From Planctomycetes bacterium UBA4800 (GTDB lineage: Bacteria; Planctomycetota; UBA8108; UBA8890; UBA8898): a DNA stretch of 46,695 bases. Shown piece by piece: positions 1 to 7,442 of this stretch. The notes beneath the pieces were generated by a model that was given only the letters and a program-made list of their open reading frames with translations, was not told the origin of the DNA and made no database searches. A program made the position numbers and the translations under genes. The stretch lies in contig DHGK01000335.1 of the NCBI GenBank assembly GCA_002402755.1, positions 11,782 to 58,476 on the forward strand, given 5' to 3'. Position 1 is the first letter of the stretch; each line of letters starts with the position of its first letter.

Positions 1-24
1 GCCCTCGGCAACCCAACGCGCGCG

Positions 25-2214
25 TCACTCCCGCGCGATCGTCACGCTCCGTATCGTCCCCGGGAAGGCGTTCTCCTCGCCGTAGCGGCCGACGAGACCG
101 CCCGCGTCGCGGCCGACCTCCAGGCCGTCGAGCGGCATGGCCGCGAGCGTGCCGGGGAACTTCTCGGCCGCCGCGACGCGGCTCCCGATGCGCATCTCGG
201 CCGCGCCGTCCTTGCCTTGCCGGACGACCGCTTCGATCTCGCCCTGCGGCAGCGGGTCCGGCGACGCCAGCGTCGAGAGCGCGCCCTTGCGCCGCAGCGC
301 GTACTCGAGCTTCCCGCCGCGCACGTAGAGCGCGAAGCCGTGGCTCGATCCGCCCTGCGCCACGATGACGCCGTCGCCCGCGCCCGCGAATGTCGCGCTC
401 ACGCTGAAGGCCGCGCCCGCGAGGTTCGGGCACTTCTCGCGCGGCAGGCGGTCGCCCGCCTTGAGCGCGAACACCTTCGCATCGCTTCCCACGCGCTCCT
501 TCTTCCCCGCGTACGTTCCCGCCCAGGGCCAGGGAACCGCGTGCGCGCGGCGCGCCCACGCCTCCCACTTCTCCACGAGCTCCCTGGTCTTCTCGGGGTG
601 CACGGCCGCGAGATCGTGGAGCTCGGTCCGGTCCTTCTCCATGTCGTAGAGCTCCCACGCGCCCTCGGGGCCCTTGGCGACAAGCTTCCACTTCCCGGCG
701 CGAAGCGCGCGGTTGCCCTCGTGCTCCCAGTAGAGCGCGTCGCGCTCGATCGTGCGGCCTTCGAACGCCGGCCTGAGGCTGCGGCCTTCCGGCGGCTGGA
801 TGCGCCGTTCCCCCACTTCCGCGGGATACCGCGCGCCGGCGACATCGACGCAGGTCGCCATGATGTCGATGAGATGTCCCGGCTGGTGTTCCTTCTCGCC
901 CCCGCGGGCGATGCCGTTCGGCCAGTGGGCAATGAGCGGCGTCGCGATGCCGCCCTCGTGGACGAAGTGCTTGTACTCCCTGAAGGGAGTGTTGGAGACG
1001 TTGGCCCAGTTCAGGCCGTAGGCAATGTACGTGTCCTCGGGGCCCGGCATGATACCCGGGCCGGCGAGCGTGGGCACGCCCGCGCGGTTCTGCTTCGGAC
1101 GGACATCGAGGCGGATCGCGTCGCGCGGGATCGGCGGCAGCGAGGGCTCGACGGGGCGCTTCCACGTCCCCGCCCGCCCCACGTCCTCCTGGCAGCCGCC
1201 GTTGTCCTGCAGGAACATGATCAGCGTGTTCTCGAGGCGCCCGTTGCGCGCGAGCGCCGCGACGATGCGGCCGATCCCCGCGTCCATGCGGTCGATCATC
1301 GCCGCGTAGACTTCCATGCAGCGCGCTTCCCATTCCTTGTGCGGGCACTTCTCCCAGTCCCCCGCCTGCGGGCTCAGTTCCCAGGCGGGATCGATGAGCC
1401 CCAGTTCCTTGGCGCGCGCGAAGCGCCGCGCCCGCACCGGGCCGTAGCCCGCGTCGTACATGCCCTTGTACTTCGCGATGTCTTCAGGCAGCGCGTGCAT
1501 CGGCCAGTGCGCCGCCGTGTAGGCCGCGTACATGAAGAACGGCTGCTCGGGCCCGGCGCGGCAGTGCTCGTCGATGAACCTCGCGGCGTGGTCGCTTATC
1601 GCATCCGTGTAGTAGAACGTCTCGGGCGTGTACTCGGGATCCGCGAACGGCGAGATCATGGTATTGTCGCGCGTGAGCGTGCCCGGATCGTAGAAGCTGC
1701 CCCCGCCGGCGATCGTCCCGTAGAAGCGGTCGAAGCCGCGCTGAAGGGGCCAGTTGTCCTTCGGGCCCTCCGGATTCGCGTGCTTCGTCACGTGCCACTT
1801 GCCGACCGCGCAGGTCGCGTAGCCCGCGGGCCTGAGCGCCTCGGCGATCGTCGCGCAGTCGCGGCCGAGGTCGCCGCGGTAGCCATCGAGGCCCGAGTCG
1901 CTCACCATGTGGCCGACGCTCGCCTGGTGCGGATAGAGCCCCGTCAGGATGCTCGCGCGCGTCGGGCAGCAGCGGCCCGTGTTGTAGAACTGCGTGAACC
2001 TGAGGCCCCGCGCGGCGAGGGCATCGAGGTTCGGGGTCCGGATCTCGCCGCCGTAGCAGCCGAGGTCCGAGAACCCCATGTCGTCGCAGAGGATGACCAC
2101 GATCGAGGGCCGCGCCCGCGCGGTCGCCTCCGCGCGCCGCGCGAGGCACGACGTCAGCGCCGCCGCGCCTCCCAGGCCCACCGCCCGCACAAACGCCCTA
2201 CGAGTCGCGTGCAT
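25..2214 (-). CDS. Tat-exported arylsulfatase (Cys-type formylglycine sulfatase) with C-terminal LamG/concanavalin-like extension
   Basis: 729-aa ORF; N-terminal 'TRRAFVRAVGLGGAAAL' twin-arginine signal; sulfatase core 'VVILCDDMGFSDLGCYGG' and FGly motif 'CCPTRASILTG'; GGGAGG RBS 5' of the ATG at 2214; G/C-dominated third positions. Confidence 0.9.
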   Translation of the reverse strand: MHATRRAFVRAVGLGGAAALTSCLARRAEATARARPSIVVILCDDMGFSDLGCYGGEIRTPNLDALAARGLRFTQFYNTGRCCPTRASILTGLYPHQASVGHMVSDSGLDGYRGDLGRDCATIAEALRPAGYATCAVGKWHVTKHANPEGPKDNWPLQRGFDRFYGTIAGGGSFYDPGTLTRDNTMISPFADPEYTPETFYYTDAISDHAARFIDEHCRAGPEQPFFMYAAYTAAHWPMHALPEDIAKYKGMYDAGYGPVRARRFARAKELGLIDPAWELSPQAGDWEKCPHKEWEARCMEVYAAMIDRMDAGIGRIVAALARNGRLENTLIMFLQDNGGCQEDVGRAGTWKRPVEPSLPPIPRDAIRLDVRPKQNRAGVPTLAGPGIMPGPEDTYIAYGLNWANVSNTPFREYKHFVHEGGIATPLIAHWPNGIARGGEKEHQPGHLIDIMATCVDVAGARYPAEVGERRIQPPEGRSLRPAFEGRTIERDALYWEHEGNRALRAGKWKLVAKGPEGAWELYDMEKDRTELHDLAAVHPEKTRELVEKWEAWARRAHAVPWPWAGTYAGKKERVGSDAKVFALKAGDRLPREKCPNLAGAAFSVSATFAGAGDGVIVAQGGSSHGFALYVRGGKLEYALRRKGALSTLASPDPLPQGEIEAVVRQGKDGAAEMRIGSRVAAAEKFPGTLAAMPLDGLEVGRDAGGLVGRYGEENAFPGTIRSVTIARE

Positions 2215-2244
2215 TGCCGCCTCCCGCTCCGGAATCGGCGACGG

Positions 2245-2508
2245 TCACTCGTAGTGCGACCACATGCGAATGACCTTCACCACCCGGCGCTCGTCAATGA
2301 TCTGGTAGACAAGGCGGTGCCGGATGTTGATCCGGCGCGAGTACGCTCCCGAAAGATCGCCGACGAGCTTCTCGAAGCGCGGCGGCGACTGAAAGGGATC
2401 CCGCGCGAGGATCTCCAGGAGCTGCAGGGCCTTGTCCTTCAGACCCGCGGCGGCGAGTTTCCCGGCATCCTTGAGCGCGTGCCGGGTGTAGACGAGCCGC
2501 CACTTCAC
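2245..2508 (-). CDS. yoeB: YoeB/Txe-family type II toxin
   Basis: 87 aa from GTG at 2508: 'VKWRLVYTRHALKDAGKL...FEKLVGDLSGAYSRRINIRHRLVYQIIDE..VKVIRMWSHYE' follows the YoeB layout ('SRRI..HRLVY', C-terminal H-Y); GTGA start/stop overlap with the upstream antitoxin gene. Confidence 0.85.
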   Translation of the reverse strand: MKWRLVYTRHALKDAGKLAAAGLKDKALQLLEILARDPFQSPPRFEKLVGDLSGAYSRRINIRHRLVYQIIDERRVVKVIRMWSHYE

Positions 2509-2747
2509 CACGAGATCTTCTTCGCGCACTTGGAGACCGGCGTGGCCAGTCCCTCGACGATCGACTCCCGCATCCCGGGGATGGACAGGAGGTAGAGAGT
2601 CTCCTGAACGGCCCGCCAATCCCCCTCGGACACCAGGACCGCGCTGTGTCGTTTGCCTGTAATCACCACGGGTTCATGGGATGCGGCGGCCTCATCGATG
2701 AGACGGTAGAGCCTGGCGCGGGCGTCGCTCGCCTTGAGTATGGTCAT
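2505..2747 (-). CDS. yefM: YefM/Phd-family antitoxin
   Basis: 80 aa from ATG 2747 (GGAGG RBS; the earlier in-frame ATG at 2765 lies inside the promoter): 'MTILKASDARARLYRLIDEAAASHEPVVITGKRHSAVLVSEGDWRAVQETLYLLS'; 4-nt overlap with yoeB. Confidence 0.85.
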   Translation of the reverse strand: MTILKASDARARLYRLIDEAAASHEPVVITGKRHSAVLVSEGDWRAVQETLYLLSIPGMRESIVEGLATPVSKCAKKISW

Positions 2748-2764
2748 GCGTGCCTCCACGACCA

Positions 2765-2793
2765 ATAGTACGTAATCACGTACGTCTTGTCAA
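2765..2793 (-). promoter_or_regulatory. sigma70-like promoter of yefM-yoeB with embedded GTAC-core inverted repeat (putative autoregulatory operator)
   Basis: Minus strand reads TTGACA (2793-2788), 17-nt spacer, TACTAT (2770-2765); inverted repeat GTACGT-gatt-ACGTAC (2783-2768) spans the spacer and the -10. Confidence 0.5.
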
Positions 2794-2823
2794 CCCTCGT
2801 TCCGGGGACAATCGCCGGAATTG

Positions 2824-4872
2824 CTACCGCGACACGCCGCCCTTCAGGCGTTCCACGAGCTCGGCCGCCTCCTCCCTCGTGAAGGCTCCCGTAATGACGA
2901 TGGCGTCCCCGGCCTTGGCGCGGATGGTCGGCAGGGAAAGCACCTCGTCATCGACGAGCGCCGCGAGCGGCAGCCCCACATGCGCCTCGGTGAGCACGCC
3001 CATGCGCCAGCCGCCCTCCTTGTCGAGGCGCAGGGCGATCGAGGGACGGTCCGGCGCGTCCCCTGCAAGCAGGGTACGCGTCGCATCGAGGAGCCGCCAG
3101 GGGTTCGCCTCGCCCCACAAGGTCAGCATCGTCTCGGCGGGGCGGTTGGAAAGCAGCACGTACGACCGCCCATCGCGCTCCGCGCTGATGCCTCGCACGT
3201 GCGGCGCGACGCCCTGCGCGAGGCGGCACCACGCGAACGGGTCCTTCCCGTACGTCGCCGGGACCGGGCCCTTCGCGTTGAATTCGGCCGTGTAGCGCTC
3301 GATGTCGCCCTCCGCGAGCCCGAGCATCTTCCCTTCCTCGCGCATGGGCGCCAGGCGGAAATCGAGGCGGCCGCGCAGCACGGTCGCGGTTCCCTTCGAC
3401 TCGAGCGGCTGGACGCCGACCAGGCTCACGTACTCGAAGCCGAGCTCTCGCACGAGCACCTGCAGCCTCGCCATGACCTCGTTCATTCGCGCCATCGGCA
3501 GCTCTGCGGAAGCAGCCCCGAGCTCGAGGACCGTCCGGCTGCGATCCGGCACCGCATCGAGCAGCTTGGGAAGCTCCTCCCAGGAGACGGGCGCTCCCTG
3601 GAATGTCATCGCATCCGCGCCGACCACCAGGCGAACGAAGCGCCGCGCCCGCGCCTCCGGCTGCTCGGAGCTTGCACCGCCCGGCACGCGCGCCAGCCGA
3701 TAGCGGATCTTGACGCCCTTGGGCGTTTCGCTTTCTCCGAGCACCTGCAGGACTCCCAGCGAGCCCTCGCGCGTTCTGAAGATGCAGGTCGGCACGGGCA
3801 ACGACGGCTGGCAGACGCACGACGTGATCTTGTCCGGCTCCTTCTGCTTCAGGATCTTGTGGTCTGCGATCTCCCGGAGCGTGATCGCACCCCATTTCTC
3901 GGGCGGAATGTCGATCGTCGCCACATCGAAGAGCAGCACCCCCGCCGTGCCCTTCTCGTTGACGCCCAGCGCATCCATTCCATGGTCGCGAACCCACTTG
4001 TGCGTCACGCGATCGTCGGCGCCGAACTCCTCCATGGCCGCAAAAACGCCCGTGTCCAGGTCGAGCAGCTCGGCGTGCCGCCGCTCCGGGTCGGGGAGCA
4101 CGAACTCGAGCGTGACGTCGAACCGCGGCGGGCTACGGCCATCGATCTGCACCCCATGGCCGATGGCGTCGGAGGAGCCATCCGCCACGGCAAGTGTCCG
4201 GATACGCCACTCTCCGTCGCGTCTGAGAAGACCATAGAACGCCAGCGCGCCTCCCGGCTTCCTTTTCCCGTACGCAAGGGCCCGCGCTTCGTTCTTGTCG
4301 ACGACAAGGCCCAGGATCTCGGCATCCAAGATGTCGGTCAGATTCCCGCGCGCCGAGCGCATCGCGAGCAATCTGGAAAGCTGCTCCGCGGGATTCTCCA
4401 TGTCCGTCACGCGGATCGCCTCGCCGGCGCGGCCGCTCCGCACGAGCGCGGCGAACTTCGCGATCACCGCGCGGATGGCATCGCCGTCCGCGGCCTCGGC
4501 CGGCGGCGGCGGCACCGATGCCGGCTCCCGCATGTTGGCATCCGTGCCGGTCGTGCGTCGCTGCTCCCTGGCAAGCTCGAACTCGACGCGCGTGATCTTC
4601 CCGCCCCGCACCTCGACGACGCGCGATTCCGTGACGCCGTCGAGCGCGACCTCGACCGTCAGCTTCGCGACGCCGGGCGGCACGACGAAGATGCCGGGCG
4701 CCGTGCCCTCGTCCTTGCCGTCCAAGCGCACCGAGGCGCCGGGCGGCGCCGTGCGGACGTAGATGTGCGTCGCGGCCCGGGCCTTCTTCTCGACCGCCGG
4801 CTCCTCGCCGGCGAACGCCGCGCGGCAGAAGAATGCCGCAAGTGCAAGACGAAACGCGAACGCGCCGTGCAT
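2824..4872 (-). CDS. Secreted mosaic protein: signal peptide, PEGA-like domain, NTF2-like region, uncharacterised beta module, ExbD/TolR-like periplasmic domain, SecD P1-head-like C-terminus
   Basis: 682 aa from ATG 4872 (GGAGG RBS 8 nt upstream); signal 'MHGAFAFRLALAAFFCRAAFA'; 'YVRTAPPGASVRLDG' PEGA-like; 'VRLVVGADAMTFQGAPVSWEELPKLL' ExbD-like; 'IALRLDKEGG..LAALVDDEVLSLPTI..IVITGAFTREEAAELVERLKGG' SecD-head-like. Confidence 0.7.
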   Translation of the reverse strand: MHGAFAFRLALAAFFCRAAFAGEEPAVEKKARAATHIYVRTAPPGASVRLDGKDEGTAPGIFVVPPGVAKLTVEVALDGVTESRVVEVRGGKITRVEFELAREQRRTTGTDANMREPASVPPPPAEAADGDAIRAVIAKFAALVRSGRAGEAIRVTDMENPAEQLSRLLAMRSARGNLTDILDAEILGLVVDKNEARALAYGKRKPGGALAFYGLLRRDGEWRIRTLAVADGSSDAIGHGVQIDGRSPPRFDVTLEFVLPDPERRHAELLDLDTGVFAAMEEFGADDRVTHKWVRDHGMDALGVNEKGTAGVLLFDVATIDIPPEKWGAITLREIADHKILKQKEPDKITSCVCQPSLPVPTCIFRTREGSLGVLQVLGESETPKGVKIRYRLARVPGGASSEQPEARARRFVRLVVGADAMTFQGAPVSWEELPKLLDAVPDRSRTVLELGAASAELPMARMNEVMARLQVLVRELGFEYVSLVGVQPLESKGTATVLRGRLDFRLAPMREEGKMLGLAEGDIERYTAEFNAKGPVPATYGKDPFAWCRLAQGVAPHVRGISAERDGRSYVLLSNRPAETMLTLWGEANPWRLLDATRTLLAGDAPDRPSIALRLDKEGGWRMGVLTEAHVGLPLAALVDDEVLSLPTIRAKAGDAIVITGAFTREEAAELVERLKGGVSR

Positions 4873-5004
4873 GGGCCTGCCTCCATCTTCACAGTACCAG
4901 ATCGGGCGGCGGGCCGCACCGGTGCGCCCCGCCATCCCGTATATGCGGCAGGCGGCGCACATCGGCCCGGATTTCTTGCCGAAGAAGGGATGGGCGCACG
5001 ACGC

Positions 5005-5033
5005 TTGACCCTCCGCACCCGGTCCCGTATAGT
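5005..5033 (+). promoter_or_regulatory. sigma70-like promoter upstream of the MNT gene
   Basis: TTGACC (5005-5010), 17-nt spacer, TATAGT (5028-5033); GGGAGA RBS then ATG at 5053. Confidence 0.5.
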
Positions 5034-5052
5034 GCCGGTGGGAGACGACAAC

Positions 5053-5406
5053 ATGTCTGCCGACCGGACGGAATCAACGGATCTCGCGAACGTGCAGCGA
5101 CTAGCGCGCCGCTTCGCCCGTGAATGCCGGGACCGTTTCGGCGCGCGCCTGCGCACTCTCCGGCTTTTCGGCTCCGCGGCACGAGGAGACTGGGGCCCCG
5201 CATCGGACATCGACGCCCTCGTCCTGCTCGACAGCGTCTCCGACCCGGACACGACGTGGCTCGTCCAGCGGGCGTTCGAGATCGGAGTCCTCGAGAACAG
5301 CATCGTGCTCCAGCCCGTCATAATGACCGAGGATCGCTTCGGCGAGCTGCGGGCGAGAGAACGCCTCTTCGCCGCCGAGATAGACCGCGAGGGCATCGAC
5401 CTATGA
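5053..5406 (+). CDS. Minimal nucleotidyltransferase (MNT-type, antitoxin partner of HEPN toxins)
   Basis: 117 aa; 'LRLFGSAARGDWGPASDIDALVLL' = G-S...D-x-D nucleotidyltransferase motif; small size and ATGA overlap with a downstream HEPN-like start. Confidence 0.85.
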   Translation: MSADRTESTDLANVQRLARRFARECRDRFGARLRTLRLFGSAARGDWGPASDIDALVLLDSVSDPDTTWLVQRAFEIGVLENSIVLQPVIMTEDRFGELRARERLFAAEIDREGIDL

Positions 5407-5501
5407 CCGGAGAGAACTCGCGAGAGAACGCGCGGGAGGAAGTCGCGCGGGCGGAACGGTTCATCGGCGCCGCCAGGCCGCTGATCTCCTTTCTCCGGTA
5501 G
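5403..5501 (+). pseudogene. Truncated HEPN-like toxin remnant (32 codons)
   Basis: ATG at 5403 overlaps the MNT stop (ATGA), the usual MNT-HEPN coupling; 'MTGENSRENAREEVARAERFIGAARPLISFLR*' resembles only the first HEPN helix, then stops; no HEPN-like continuation in any frame before the sigma gene at 5598. Confidence 0.4.
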
Positions 5502-5597
5502 CGCGATGTCCCCGCACACGGCGGCGCGCGAGCGGAGAATCCTCTGCCGATGCGGCGACGATGATCGTGAAGCTCGTTCCCGCCAGGGGCCGCGCGC

Positions 5598-6287
5598 ATG
5601 ACCGACTCGACCCGCGCCACGCTCCTCGAACGCCTGCGCGACGGCGCCGACCCGCGCGCGTGGGATCAGTTCTTCGAGTGCTACTGGCCGGCGATCTACG
5701 CCGGCGCCCGGCACCGGGGCTGCACGGACGACACGGCGCGCGACATCGTCCAGGAGGTGATGCTCAAGGTTTTCGAGCAGCGCGACATCTTCCGCTACGA
5801 CCCCTCGCGCGGCCGCTTCCGCGACTGGCTCCGCACGGTCGTCCGCAACCAGGTCGCCGAGTACCGCCGCAGGCCCTCGGCGCGCATTCGGCCGCACGGC
5901 GCGGAGCCGGAGAAGCCGCCCATCGAGCCCGAGACCGGCGATGCCGCGCCGGACGAGGCCTGGGAGCGCGCGTTCGAGCGCGGCCTCCTCTCGGTCGTCC
6001 TCGACGCAGCGCGGCGCGAGTCCGACCCGCGCGAGTACCTCGCGTTCGAGCTTCTCATGCTCGATGACCTTTCCGGCAACGAGACGGCGCGCCTCACCGG
6101 GCTCTCCCGCAACGCCGCCTACAAGGCGGCGCGCAGGGTTCTGGCGAGGCTGAAGGCGCTCGCCGGGGCCTACGAGAGCGATGGAAAGCTCACCGCGGCG
6201 CTCAAGGACGCGCTCGCGGCGCGCCCGGAGCCGGCGATCGAGCGCGCGATGACGACGCGCGTCGAGCGCACCATGCGAGCGAGGTGA
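5598..6287 (+). CDS. ECF-type RNA polymerase sigma-70 factor
   Basis: 229 aa; region 2 'ARDIVQEVMLKVF..YDPSRGRFRDWLRTVVRNQVAEYRR'; region 4 HTH 'LSGNETARLTGLSRNAAYKAARRVLARLK'; about 40-aa C-terminal extension. Confidence 0.9.
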   Translation: MTDSTRATLLERLRDGADPRAWDQFFECYWPAIYAGARHRGCTDDTARDIVQEVMLKVFEQRDIFRYDPSRGRFRDWLRTVVRNQVAEYRRRPSARIRPHGAEPEKPPIEPETGDAAPDEAWERAFERGLLSVVLDAARRESDPREYLAFELLMLDDLSGNETARLTGLSRNAAYKAARRVLARLKALAGAYESDGKLTAALKDALAARPEPAIERAMTTRVERTMRAR

Positions 6288-6293
6288 CAGGTC

Positions 6294-7424
6294 ATGCTCG
6301 CGATTCCCGACTTCGATCTCGTCCACGTGATCGGCAAGGGCGGCTTCGGCACGGTGTGGCTCGGCGTCAACCGCACGACGGGGCGGCTGCGGGCGGTCAA
6401 GGTGATTCCGCTGAGACCGGAAGGCGGCGCGGATCCCGCGGGCAGGGAAATCGTGTCCTTGACGCGCCTCGAGAGCAACCTGCGGCACGCGCACCCCGAT
6501 CTGATCGCGATTCACCACGTGGGGAAGACGGCCGACCACCTCTTCTACGTCATGGATCTCGCGGACGACGTGTCCGGCGCCGCGCCGGCGGCCGGCGCTT
6601 CGTACCGGCCGGCGACGCTCGAGCGCCGCCTTGCGGCCGGCCCGCTCCCGCCCGCCGAGTGCCTCGACTGCGCGCGCCAGCTCCTCGGTGCCCTGGCCTT
6701 TCTCCACGAGGCCGGCATGGTCCACCGCGATGTGAAGCCCGCCAACTGCCTCTTCGTCGGCGGCGCGCTCAAGCTCGCCGACTTCGGCCTGCTCACCGAT
6801 GCGCGCGCCGACGTCTCGCGGCTGGGAACGGAGCGCTACATGCCGCCCGACGGCCGCATGGACGCGCGCGCCGATGTCTACGCCGCGGGGCTCGTCATCT
6901 ACGAGATGGCAACGGGGCTGCCCGCGCATCGCTTTCCGGGGCTCGGCGCCCGCGCGCGCGAGGTCGCACGCAATCCCGTGCTCGCGGCCCTGATCCGCAC
7001 GGCGCTGCGCGCCTGCCAGGCCGAGCCCGACGCCCGCTTTCGCGACGGCGGAGCAATGCGCGCGGCGCTCGAGGCGCCGGCCGGCGCCGCCGCCGGGACG
7101 GCGCTCGGCCGGCGTGCGGTCGTTGCGGGCGCCGCGGCGGCGGTCGCGCTCTCCGCCGCCGCCATCGCCTTCCTGCCCGCGACTCCAGCCTCCGTCCACG
7201 TCAACTTCACGACCCGCCCTTTCGAGGCGACGATACTCCTGGACGGCGTCGAGCAGCGCGAACCGGGGGGCGCCGCCTACCGCACGCCGTGCACGATCGA
7301 GAACCTCCCCGCGCGGCCCCACCGCGTCGTTTTCGCCCGCGAGGGCGCGGAGGATCTCGACGCGGGGACGATCGACTTCGCGCGCGTGCGCGAGGTCGTC
7401 GCGACGTGGCAAAAACCGCGCTGA
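6294..7424 (+). CDS. Membrane Ser/Thr protein kinase with extracytoplasmic PEGA-like domain
   Basis: 376 aa; G-loop 'GKGGFGTVW', 'AVKV' lysine, 'HRDVKPANCLF', 'DFG'; TM 'AVVAGAAAAVALSAAAIAFL'; C-terminal 'RPFEATILLDG...HRVVFAREG' PEGA-like; starts 6 nt after the sigma-factor stop. Confidence 0.9.
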   Translation: MLAIPDFDLVHVIGKGGFGTVWLGVNRTTGRLRAVKVIPLRPEGGADPAGREIVSLTRLESNLRHAHPDLIAIHHVGKTADHLFYVMDLADDVSGAAPAAGASYRPATLERRLAAGPLPPAECLDCARQLLGALAFLHEAGMVHRDVKPANCLFVGGALKLADFGLLTDARADVSRLGTERYMPPDGRMDARADVYAAGLVIYEMATGLPAHRFPGLGARAREVARNPVLAALIRTALRACQAEPDARFRDGGAMRAALEAPAGAAAGTALGRRAVVAGAAAAVALSAAAIAFLPATPASVHVNFTTRPFEATILLDGVEQREPGGAAYRTPCTIENLPARPHRVVFAREGAEDLDAGTIDFARVREVVATWQKPR

Positions 7425-7442
7425 CGCGCGAACGCGCCCGTG

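Noticed and set aside
217-2595. 792-aa plus-strand ORF antisense to the sulfatase. Similar very long ORFs: 4659-7412(-), 7726-9579(-), 11329-13461(-), 16364-18028(+), 18339-20072(-), 24094-26523(-), 40942-43617(+), 43618-44745(+).
   Set aside because: These are shadow ORFs typical of GC-rich DNA. Their translations are Arg/Ala/Pro/Gly/His-rich low-complexity strings with no motifs. Each fully overlaps a gene on the other strand or frame that has clear family signatures, an RBS and a G/C-biased third position.
5502-5597. Continuation of the HEPN ORF by a +1/-1 frameshift.
   Set aside because: Translations of all three frames after 5501 show no HEPN-like helices or R-x(4-6)-H motif, and only ~95 nt remain before the sigma-factor start. 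That is too short for a HEPN domain.
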